64,000 bases of DNA from Gammaproteobacteria bacterium. Lineage in GTDB: Bacteria > Pseudomonadota > Gammaproteobacteria > Pseudomonadales > Azotimanducaceae. The notes under the pieces were generated by a model. The model had not been told where the DNA came from and searched no databases. It worked only from the letters and a program-made list of their open reading frames with translations. The translations under genes and the position numbers were made by a program. The DNA is taken from NCBI GenBank assembly GCA_024640825.1, contig JAHEEG010000004.1:1812-65811 (forward strand), given 5' to 3'. This document shows positions 1-7,651 of this stretch, piece by piece; position 1 is the first letter of the stretch, and each line of letters begins with the position of its first letter.

Positions 1-325
1 CGCGCTTGAAGACCCGTCCTGGGCCAGCAGCAGCTGGGCGCGAGTGCGCGAAGGGCGCGCGCGGTTATCCAGCGGCCTGAACCAGCTGGGGTTCCCCGTG
101 ACCCCCTCGGAAGCCAACTTCCTGCTGACAAAAGTGCCCAATCACTGCCCGCTGCCCGCCAATCGGCTGCAGCAGCATCTGAAGGCGCAGGGCATACTGG
201 TCCGGCATTTCGATTCGCCCGTACTCTCTGACAAGCTGCGAATCACCGTCGGCACAGACGAACAGAACCAGCGCCTGATCGATGTCCTGCGGGAAACCCT
301 GGGTGCCGAGAAAGATACCCAGTGA
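1..325 (+). CDS. hisC: histidinol-phosphate aminotransferase, C-terminal part (5-prime end outside window)
   Basis: Frame is open from the window edge to TGA 323-325. The tail ...SEANFLLTKV...GILVRHF...LRITVGTDEQNQRLIDVL resembles HisC-type class II aminotransferase C-termini. Confidence 0.7.
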   Translation, partial: ALEDPSWASSSWARVREGRARLSSGLNQLGFPVTPSEANFLLTKVPNHCPLPANRLQQHLKAQGILVRHFDSPVLSDKLRITVGTDEQNQRLIDVLRETLGAEKDTQ

Positions 326-338
326 GGAGCGAGAAGTG

Positions 339-830
339 ATGAAGCATCTGCTATCAGCGTCTGCGATACAGGGCCTCGAGGAGGTCCATCACCAGCACCA
401 GTTCAACGACAACGCGGTCCGAGTGACCCGCACGCTGGGCACACATGCCGGTCTGAGCCATATCGGCATCCATCTGGTGCACCTGAAGCCTGGCAGGGAC
501 AGCACCCAGCAGCACTATCACGATGCCGATGAGGAGTTTATCTACATCCTTTCAGGTAGGGGGCTGGCCCATATCGGCGACGAGCGTCACGAGGTAGGTC
601 CGGGCGACTTCATGGGCTTTCCAGCGCTTTCTCCCGCGCATTCTCTGGAAAACCCTTTCGAGGAAGACCTGGTGTATCTTATGGGCGGCGAGCGCAACGC
701 GTTAGATGCCGTGCACTACCCGCTGATCCAACGCAGCATGCTCAAATCTCACGGACGCCGCCAGTGGGTGGACTGGCAGGACATGCACGACCTTCCCCCG
801 CGCGAAGGCGCCCACGAGCGAGACCCTTAA
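339..830 (+). CDS. cupin domain protein
   Basis: ATG 339 lies 9 nt after GAGGAG. Cupin barrel motifs GIHLVHLKPGRDSTQQHYHDADEEFIYILSG and GPGDFMGFPA are present. Confidence 0.8.
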   Translation: MKHLLSASAIQGLEEVHHQHQFNDNAVRVTRTLGTHAGLSHIGIHLVHLKPGRDSTQQHYHDADEEFIYILSGRGLAHIGDERHEVGPGDFMGFPALSPAHSLENPFEEDLVYLMGGERNALDAVHYPLIQRSMLKSHGRRQWVDWQDMHDLPPREGAHERDP

Positions 831-861
831 CAGGCTGACGAGGTTCGGACGCTTCGGTGCC

Positions 862-1122
862 ATGTCAAAGAAATCACAGCAGCCAAGAAAACCAAAAACG
901 TCGAAAGAGCCCGAAAAGCGCATCTATGGCGGGACGGTCTTTCCAGGATTCAAGCTGCTGGGCATTTTCGACCCGCTGGAAATGTTCGGCGTTCTCGCAA
1001 AGCACCTCGACATCGTGATGCTTGGGGAAGATCGCGCAATCGAAGCCGCCGAGCAACCCGAATACGAATGGCACCAGGACCCGGCATGGGGCCCGTTCGC
1101 CAGGCCGGCCGGTCTGGCCTGA
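862..1122 (+). pseudogene. DJ-1/PfpI family N-terminal remnant
   Basis: Only about 45 aa (VFPGFKLLGIFDPLEMFGVLAKHLDIVMLGE) resemble a DJ-1/PfpI N-terminus. The rest of the fold is absent, and the ORF stops after 86 aa just before the rhomboid gene. Confidence 0.35.
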
Positions 1123-1131
1123 GGCGACAGA

Positions 1132-1905
1132 TTGTTTCCCATCAGCGACGACAATCCGCGGGTACACACGCCGTACGCTACCATCGCGATCATCGTTCTC
1201 AATGCGCTCGTCTGGATCGCGGTACAGGGCTTGGGCAACGACTACGCGCTGGCGGAGTCGCTGTGTCTTTACGGTCTGGTACCGGGCGACCTGCTGGGAT
1301 TTACCGACATTGGCACGCAGATATCTTTAGGTGAGAACCTGGTCTGCCAGTTCGATGGTAATGCCCATCCCAGAACGCTGATTTCTTCGATGTTCCTCCA
1401 CGGCGGCTGGCTACACATCGTGGGCAACATGTGGTTTCTCTGGATATTCGGCGACAACGTTGAAGATGCCATGGGCCCGCTGCGCTTTACCACTTTCTAC
1501 GTGCTGTGCGGTCTGGCTGCTGCGCTCGCGCAGATCATCAGCGATCCCGACAGCCTAATCCCCATGGTAGGCGCCTCCGGGGCCATCGGCGGAGTAATGG
1601 GCGCCTATGCCTTACTGTACCCCAGAGTCAGGGTCAACATGCTAATTTTCCTGGGTTTTTTCGTCACCACGGTGACCGTGCCTGCCATATTCATGCTGGG
1701 CTACTGGTTTCTGCTTCAGCTGGTGCAGGCGCTACCGGCACTTGGCTCCGGCACCGGGGGCGTGGCCTTCTGGGCCCATACAGGTGGGTTTCTCGCCGGT
1801 CTTGGCCTGGTGACCCTGTTCAAGCGCAACCACGGCGGCCCTGGACAAGGTACCGGCCGCCCGGCGCGCCGCCACGACGGTAACACCGGCGAACGCTGGT
1901 TCTGA
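1132..1905 (+). CDS. rhomboid family intramembrane serine protease
   Basis: HGGWLHIVGNMWFLWIFG and catalytic GASGAIGGVMGAY motifs, with multiple TM helices. TTG start. Confidence 0.9.
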   Translation: MFPISDDNPRVHTPYATIAIIVLNALVWIAVQGLGNDYALAESLCLYGLVPGDLLGFTDIGTQISLGENLVCQFDGNAHPRTLISSMFLHGGWLHIVGNMWFLWIFGDNVEDAMGPLRFTTFYVLCGLAAALAQIISDPDSLIPMVGASGAIGGVMGAYALLYPRVRVNMLIFLGFFVTTVTVPAIFMLGYWFLLQLVQALPALGSGTGGVAFWAHTGGFLAGLGLVTLFKRNHGGPGQGTGRPARRHDGNTGERWF

Positions 1906-1979
1906 CGGATTGCGCTGACTGTCTCAATGCGCCAACCTGTCCCCAGGCAATTGGGCATCTGTGAACAAGGAAGAGCGTG

Positions 1980-2888
1980 ATGAGCAAGCAACTACCGGCA
2001 GTCAGCCTGGCGGCAGTACCCGGCCGCAGAAAAGCCATGATCGATATCGCCCAGCAAATCGAACAGCGGGGTTTTCCAGGCATCTATTGTCCCAGTCTCG
2101 GCGACAATCTGGCGCTGTGCGAAGCCATCGCTCTGTGCACCAGCGAAGTCGAGTTTGGCACCAGCATAACGCCCATCTACACCCGCAACGTGGTCGATTT
2201 CGCCAGCACTGCCGGCTTTATTCACGAAGTATCCGGCGGACGTTTCCGCTTCGGCGTCGGCGTCAGCCACGCACCGGCCATGGACCGCCTCGGAGTCAAG
2301 CAGGGCAAGCCGCTGAGTGATATTCGGCAGTTTGTGGCCGACCTGAGGGCCGTCCCCAGGGTCGGAGAGTTGCCACCAATCGTACTTGCAACCCTGCGGA
2401 CGCGCATGGTCAGACTTGCTGAAGAGATCGGCGACGGCATGGTGTTCGCCAATGCCGCCAGATCCCACATGGGTTCGTCCCTGTCAGTTCTCGATTCAGA
2501 CGCCACAAATCGTGAGGCTTTCTTCATCGGCAACATGATTCCCACCTGCATCTCGGATGATGAAGCAGCCGCCATGGCCGTCAATCGCCGGACCCTGAGC
2601 AGCTATGCGCTGCTGCCCAACTATCGGAATTACTGGAAGGAAGCCGGTTACGAAGAGGAAATGAATGACGTCGAGGCCGCCATCGCAGCGGGCGAGATGG
2701 AGAAAGTGGCCGCCTGCCTCTCCGACCGCTGGCTGGCCGACACCACCCTTTTCGGCTCTGCAGCCAAAGTTCGTGAAGGCATCGAGGCCTGGTTCGATTC
2801 CGGTGTCAAAACACCCATAGTTGTGCCTTCGTCCGCCCAGGGCAATCAGTTGAAGGCCTTCGAAGAATTTTTTGCCATCTGGGACTGA
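1980..2888 (+). CDS. LLM-class (luciferase-like) flavin/F420-dependent oxidoreductase
   Basis: AAGGAAG SD precedes ATG 1980. GFPGIYCPSLGDN..., GRFRFGVGVSH and the overall about 300 aa layout are typical of LLM TIM-barrel oxidoreductases. Confidence 0.8.
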   Translation: MSKQLPAVSLAAVPGRRKAMIDIAQQIEQRGFPGIYCPSLGDNLALCEAIALCTSEVEFGTSITPIYTRNVVDFASTAGFIHEVSGGRFRFGVGVSHAPAMDRLGVKQGKPLSDIRQFVADLRAVPRVGELPPIVLATLRTRMVRLAEEIGDGMVFANAARSHMGSSLSVLDSDATNREAFFIGNMIPTCISDDEAAAMAVNRRTLSSYALLPNYRNYWKEAGYEEEMNDVEAAIAAGEMEKVAACLSDRWLADTTLFGSAAKVREGIEAWFDSGVKTPIVVPSSAQGNQLKAFEEFFAIWD

Positions 2889-2963
2889 TCAGAACGCGGC
2901 AGTCTCTGAAAACCGGGATACATCACCCTGAACCAGCGCCACAATTCTCGTACACGTTGCTGA

Positions 2964-3449
2964 CTGCCTTCCGCCGGGGATATCGTCGGAGTTTTCACTT
3001 CTGATGCCTGGCGCAGCACGGTCGGGATCGGTAACGACGGAATCACCGAAGGCTACAACCCCTAGAAAGCGCTGGAGGCAGAGGCTCGACATTTCCTTCA
3101 GCACCCCGGCTTTCATCCAAGACCTGCATCTTCTAGATCTTTTCGATCGTGAGGGAAGCGGCGAGGCTGTCTGGGTCGGAATTAGCGACTGGGTTGAGCA
3201 AATCTTGACCAGCGCCACGTCCAATGGGAACCATGGCGTCAGCGGGGGATTATGGAAGACCGGCTTCACCGCCAACAACGTCACCAGGATGACCTTGTTT
3301 GCGCCAGGGGATCGCTCCGCAATTTTTCTGCCGCCCGAATCGTCGATTCTACGGTCCCCGAGCCGGGATCGCTGGCGATGCTGTTAGCTGGCCTGCTGGC
3401 TCCGAGCGTTCTGCGACGAAGGTGTCGTAGGCCACGCGTCTCGGTTTAG
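2964..3449 (+). pseudogene. PEP-CTERM sorting-domain protein, frame-disrupted
   Basis: C-terminal VPEPGSLAMLLAGLLAPSVLRRRCRR (PEP motif, hydrophobic helix, Arg cluster) lies in frame 3 (3252-3449). The protein-like body lies in frame 1 (to 3387) and in frame 3 (2964-3065, ending in TAG). At least two frame disruptions are present. Confidence 0.5.
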
Positions 3450-3783
3450 TTGGCGGCCGCCGAAATGATCTGCCCAACCGAATTGGCAAACGCCGCCGTG
3501 AACAGTGAGAGGACAAATGCCAGGTCTAGAAGCTGTACGTAGTCCATCAGTTTCAAGTTCCTTCTTGATAGTGGTGTCCGTCAGCCAAGCAAACTAACAA
3601 AATCTCCGAAGTCGAAATGTGATCCATAGCGGATGCTGAAACATTCGCTAGCCGCACAACTTTCAGAGACAGACCTCTGCTGACAGAGAGACCACGTCAG
3701 CTTTCTCCCCCCAACGGCCGGGGCTCCAATCCCCGCCCGGCAGAATCGACGCCGAGTTTTACGCCACACGCGACGATTAGTCG

Positions 3784-3812
3784 TTTACATAAATTAACTG
3801 TATATATATCAT
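3784..3812 (+). promoter_or_regulatory. sigma70-type promoter candidate for the parA-like gene
   Basis: TTTACA-N17-TATCAT sits inside a 60-nt block (3781-3840) with only 12 G/C, about 100 nt upstream of ATG 3912. Confidence 0.4.
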
Positions 3813-3911
3813 TATATTTATATGTTTCTATAGCAAACCACCCGCAGCAGCAACAGTCGGCGCGAGCAATACCAGCAGAAAAAGAAAACCAGCGAACAAG
3901 GAGTGTTTGGC

Positions 3912-4568
3912 ATGAGCATCATCACGATGGCCACAACCAAAGGCGGCGCCGGCAAGACAACCGTCGCTCAGATGATCACCGGGGCAGTGCACAGACAGGG
4001 GTATTCGGTAGCCGTTATCGACACCGACCCGAACGGAACGCTATCCAACTGGCTGACCGCCTCGAGCGGGATGGCCATCGAGCACAAACAGATTCTGGAC
4101 GAGAGTAAGATCGTCTCGGAGGCACGCAAGCTGGCTCGGAAACACGATCTCATCGTAATCGATACCGCCGGCGCACGATCTCAGGCGACCATCTTTGCGA
4201 TCGGCTGTGCAGATCTGGTACTGATACCGGTGCAGCTTTCTCAGGGAGACGTCGACGAGGCTGAGAAGACTTTCAAACTTGCAAAGAGCGCAAGCCAGAT
4301 GACTGACCGCAAGGTGCCGGTGAGAGTGGTCTACACAGACTACACCCCGAAAACGAAACTCGCCAAGAAAGTCCGGAAAGAGATCAGCGATCGCGGAATG
4401 GAAGCCATGAGTACGCGTCTCCATCACCTGGTCGCGTATAAGGAGCTTACCTTCAGCGGCAAAGTTCCAAAGAAAGGTACGGCTGGTGCGCAGGGACAGC
4501 TGCTCGTGCAGGAAATTGCAGAAATGGGTTGTCTGCCTTTCATGCGGAACTTGAAGCAGGCTTCGTGA
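3912..4568 (+). CDS. ParA/ParF-type (type Ib) partition ATPase
   Basis: AGGAG SD lies 8 nt upstream of the ATG. Deviant Walker A TTKGGAGKTT, plus IDTDPNGT and DLIVIDTAG. The 218 aa length matches the small ParA class. Confidence 0.85.
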   Translation: MSIITMATTKGGAGKTTVAQMITGAVHRQGYSVAVIDTDPNGTLSNWLTASSGMAIEHKQILDESKIVSEARKLARKHDLIVIDTAGARSQATIFAIGCADLVLIPVQLSQGDVDEAEKTFKLAKSASQMTDRKVPVRVVYTDYTPKTKLAKKVRKEISDRGMEAMSTRLHHLVAYKELTFSGKVPKKGTAGAQGQLLVQEIAEMGCLPFMRNLKQAS

Positions 4569-4864
4569 GCAAGCCAGCCCCAAGCCCTTCTCGCTCGAGA
4601 AACGGTCGAACAGGGTCGACAACTCGGGCTGCAGTGGAAAACCGGCCAAAGCATCGTCACCCCTCCGCACACCAGGTATCAGCTTCGCCAAGCCAGGAGA
4701 CGTCCAGCCAGTTCACCTTGAAGATGCGTAAGTCTTTGCATCGAGAGCTGGCCCGAATGGCATTCGATGCCAATATGACCATGCGGGGATTCATCATGGA
4801 CGCGCTGAAAGGTAAGGGGTTGAGCGTTACCAAAGCCGACCTGGTAGATCGCCGCAGGCGCTGA
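4565..4864 (+). CDS. ParG-like ribbon-helix-helix partner protein
   Basis: GTG 4565 overlaps the parA-like TGA (GTGA). It has a Ser/Pro/Arg-rich, probably disordered N-terminal half. The C-terminal FTLKMRKSLHRELARMAFDANMTMRGFIMDALKGKG has an RHH (CopG/ParG-like) pattern. Confidence 0.65.
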   Translation: MSKPAPSPSRSRNGRTGSTTRAAVENRPKHRHPSAHQVSASPSQETSSQFTLKMRKSLHRELARMAFDANMTMRGFIMDALKGKGLSVTKADLVDRRRR

Positions 4865-5236
4865 TCGAACGGGATCCATCCGGCAAGTTCAGGCGCGCCA
4901 TGGATGCAGACCATGGTCGCGAGCCTTATGTGCGCGAACAACGACGCGCCCGCAATGGCGCGCTCCCTGTGGCTCGACGCCAGGTTCTTTCCCCTTTGAC
5001 TGGTATTGAATCAACCCGCCTCGCAGATCCCCCCGCGCTTCATTAAGACGCACCTTCCTCTGGACGGCCTGCCTTGCTATGAAATTGTGCAATGCGTCGT
5101 GGTCTCGAGGGATTCAAAGAACGTGTTCGTATCTTTGCGAAACCATTGGGGCAGCCAGATCCTGCTGCCGAACCTCGCGATGGACATGCGCAGACTGACG
5201 AGCTATCTGGACATCACGGTTACAGCAGAGCGATGA
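4865..5236 (+). pseudogene. sulfotransferase remnant (no start codon, internal TGA, truncated)
   Basis: It lies in the same frame as parG and begins directly after its stop. IHPASSGAPWMQTMVASL is a degenerate PKSGTTW 5-prime-PSB loop. An in-frame TGA lies at 4997-4999. RFIKTHLPLDGLP and VVVSRDSKNVFVSLRNHW are sulfotransferase core motifs. The frame ends at 5236. Confidence 0.55.
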
Positions 5237-5527
5237 TCGACAGTAGCGGACGGATGGACTTTCGCGGGCGTTAAGAAGGAGCCGGAAAAGCTGGTCGGTG
5301 AAATGAACATGATCTGCAAAAGCCGCCGTTCACGGCAACGCAGCACCGACGATTGCGGCAGCATCGATTCAGGGATCACCCTCGGCGGGGGCCACGGGCT
5401 GTTGCGCCAGAGGCTCAAGCGGACACCTCCACCCTTCATAGCGCCAAGGAAACAAGGGGCATACGGATACGACAGCATCACCCCAATGCAGTAATCTTAT
5501 GCCCTTTACCATACGGGTACCTCTGAC

Positions 5528-6634
5528 ATGAACTGGCTGCTGGCTCTGGTCACGCTGCTGCTGGCCATCTGGGCGTTTGCCCGCTTTTATCTAGGTGGCA
5601 GGAATCTCTCGGCATTTGATGTTCCCGTCTACGACCCGGTTCGTGACGCTCCCAGTCCCGAGCACTCAGAGGTCTTGCATCTGCTGGGGGAGATGGGTGA
5701 GTCGGTGCATGGTTTGCGTGGCCGGGAACGGTTGTACCGGCTCCGTGAGCTGTTCCATCACATGTCGGATGACGTGGATCTCACAGGCGTCAGCATTGCC
5801 CCCGCTGACGCCGACGGCGTTCCTGGAGAATGGGTGATACCCGATGGGTACGACGGGCAGGGTCGCCTCCTGTATGTTCACGGCGGCGCCTTCGTCCTCG
5901 GCAGTGCCACCGGCTACCGGCGCGTGACGGCTCAGCTGGCGCGAAGGACAGGGTTGGCGGTGCTCGCGATCGACTATCGCCTGATGCCCGAGTACCGTCG
6001 GCGTGACGGAATCGCGGACTGCCAGACGGCTTATCGCTGGATGCTGGATCACGGACCCACAGGCCGCTTCGCAGCCAAATCGGTTTTCATCGCCGGTGAT
6101 TCGGCGGGCGGCAATCTGACTCTGATGCTGATCGCCTGGATTAGGGATCAAAAGTTTCGGGACGAAAAACTGCGCCAGGCGGACGGCGCCATCGCCCTGT
6201 CACCGGCGACCGATTCAGCCTTCGCCAGCCCCAGCCTCAAGCACAAGGCGGAGGAAGATCCGATGCTGGGGCCGCTGGCGGCTATGGTCAATCGCGTACC
6301 CAGAGCCCTGCTGCTGCTGTTTGCCTGGATCAATGGACGTATCCGTCCGTGCGATCCAGTGGTGTCACCCGTACGCGGCAGTCTGGCTGATCTACCCCCG
6401 GTTCTGGTTCAGGCAAGCGAGGCGGAGATTCTCATCGACGATGCGCGCCGCTACGTCAACAAGGCACGGCACGAGGGGACACCGGCGGAGCTGGAAACCT
6501 GGCATGGAATGATTCATGTATGGCAGGCTTTCGCCGGGCACCTGCCGGAAGCCGATGAGGCATACGACCGGATAAGTGCGTTCATCGAGCGCTGCCGAAC
6601 CGAGTCCGAATCGACGTCCGCTGACGCGGCCTGA
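5528..6634 (+). CDS. alpha/beta hydrolase (HSL/Aes family esterase-lipase), membrane anchored
   Basis: Oxyanion motif VHGGAFVLGS and nucleophile elbow GDSAGGNL. N-terminal TM helix MNWLLALVTLLLAIWAF. Confidence 0.85.
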   Translation: MNWLLALVTLLLAIWAFARFYLGGRNLSAFDVPVYDPVRDAPSPEHSEVLHLLGEMGESVHGLRGRERLYRLRELFHHMSDDVDLTGVSIAPADADGVPGEWVIPDGYDGQGRLLYVHGGAFVLGSATGYRRVTAQLARRTGLAVLAIDYRLMPEYRRRDGIADCQTAYRWMLDHGPTGRFAAKSVFIAGDSAGGNLTLMLIAWIRDQKFRDEKLRQADGAIALSPATDSAFASPSLKHKAEEDPMLGPLAAMVNRVPRALLLLFAWINGRIRPCDPVVSPVRGSLADLPPVLVQASEAEILIDDARRYVNKARHEGTPAELETWHGMIHVWQAFAGHLPEADEAYDRISAFIERCRTESESTSADAA

Positions 6635-6651
6635 TAGCCCTGCAAAGCAGA

Positions 6652-6680
6652 GCCCCGCCGAAAGGCGGGGCCCGTTTCTC
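6652..6680 (+). terminator. rho-independent terminator hairpin between convergent genes
   Basis: GCCCCGCC-gaaa-GGCGGGGC followed by CCGTTTCTC. It sits between the hydrolase stop (6634) and the convergent gene end (6700). Confidence 0.6.
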
Positions 6681-6699
6681 CGCGGCGCACAGGTCGCTG

Positions 6700-7125
6700 T
6701 CACCCTTTGTGAGGCCGCCTGTAGCCGTCACGCGCATCGCGCCCTCTGCGATCCCGATAGCCGTCCCGGTAACCATCGCGATGGTGGCGCCCGTCGTCTC
6801 TGTAGGCTCTGTTTGGGGGGGCATAAGCATAGGCGTCCCGATGCCGAGCATGGTTGGCCCTGCGCCAGCGCTTGTGCGCCTTCGCGTGAGCCTTGGTGTG
6901 ACCTCTCCAATAGCGGTCATGATGACGATGGTGATAAGCATACCGGGGAGACCGGTACCGCGAATGACGATGTTGATCTCCGTCATCACCAATAGCGTAA
7001 CCAACCGCCGCGCCGACGATGAATGCCATGGCTTCGTCATCCTGGTGTGCCTGCACTGCGAACGGCAGGCTCAACCCCAAGGTGATGACACCGACTCCAA
7101 TCCACTGCGTATTTTTTCTGTTCAT
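6700..7125 (-). CDS. secreted glycine-zipper protein with His/Arg/Tyr/Asp-rich tail
   Basis: GGAGG SD lies 5 nt before the ATG. Signal peptide MNRKNTQWIGVGVITLGLSLPFAVQA, glycine zipper FIVGAAVGYAIG, then a low-complexity H/R/Y/D tail (RDGYRDGYRDRRGRD). Confidence 0.65.
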   Translation of the reverse strand: MNRKNTQWIGVGVITLGLSLPFAVQAHQDDEAMAFIVGAAVGYAIGDDGDQHRHSRYRSPRYAYHHRHHDRYWRGHTKAHAKAHKRWRRANHARHRDAYAYAPPNRAYRDDGRHHRDGYRDGYRDRRGRDARDGYRRPHKG

Positions 7126-7239
7126 TTCTGCCTCCTAAGCATTTCGGGCAGGGTCAGAATGGGCGCGATGCCATGAACGACCAATGAACTGGAACTGTCT
7201 GTTTGCTGAACACCAGCCGATGACCGGCTGGCGTGAGCC

Positions 7240-7650
7240 TCAGGCAGGCTGAAACTTCAGCAGAGTGATATCGGGCGACACACGTTCGAAGCAGGCCTTT
7301 ACCCGCATACCTACCCGGATGTCCGCCTCTGCGACGTGGACAAGATTGGTGGTGAGGCGCACACCTTCTTCCAGCTCCACAACCGCCAGCAGCTGCGGGG
7401 TATCACTGGCGAAATGGGGAGACGTGGGCTGCCTGGCAATGGTGAAAGTATAAAGCGTTCCTCTGCCGGATACGTCCCGCCAGCGCAGCTGATCCGACAG
7501 GCAGCAGGAACAGCGGCTGCGTGGGTAGAAGACCCAGGTGCGGCATGCATCACACTTCTGTAGCCGGACTTTGCCCTCCGCCAGCCCCTCCCAGAACGGA
7601 AGGCTTACCGGCGTAGGCACGGGAAGGGGTTTCAACAGTTCTACATCCAT
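7240..7650 (-). CDS. Zn-ribbon/OB-fold protein (DUF35 family)
   Basis: CDACRTWVFYPRSRCSCC zinc ribbon followed by an OB-fold region. GGGAGG SD. It lies immediately downstream of the thiolase-like gene, which is the usual pairing. Confidence 0.85.
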   Translation of the reverse strand: MDVELLKPLPVPTPVSLPFWEGLAEGKVRLQKCDACRTWVFYPRSRCSCCLSDQLRWRDVSGRGTLYTFTIARQPTSPHFASDTPQLLAVVELEEGVRLTTNLVHVAEADIRVGMRVKACFERVSPDITLLKFQPA

Positions 7651-7651
7651 C

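Noticed and set aside
3581-3769. A 62-aa ORF on the minus strand in the spacer before the par cassette, and small alternative hairpins (cagag/ctctg repeats about 3645-3675).
   Set aside because: There is no SD, the composition is Arg/Cys-rich and non-protein-like, and the 5-bp stems are too weak to call an RNA element.
3799-3814. A LexA-box-like CTGTATATATAT half site in the AT-rich block upstream of the parA-like gene.
   Set aside because: The right half reads CATT instead of ACAG, with no match to the second half of CTGT-N8-ACAG. It is better explained as part of the AT-rich promoter/centromere-like block.
6582-7176. Several overlapping ORFs in other frames and strands across the His/Arg-rich gene (6582-7040 minus, 6709-7176 plus, 6576-6995 plus).
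   Set aside because: Low-complexity composition keeps every frame open. Only 6700-7125 (minus) has a GGAGG SD at correct spacing plus a signal peptide and glycine zipper.
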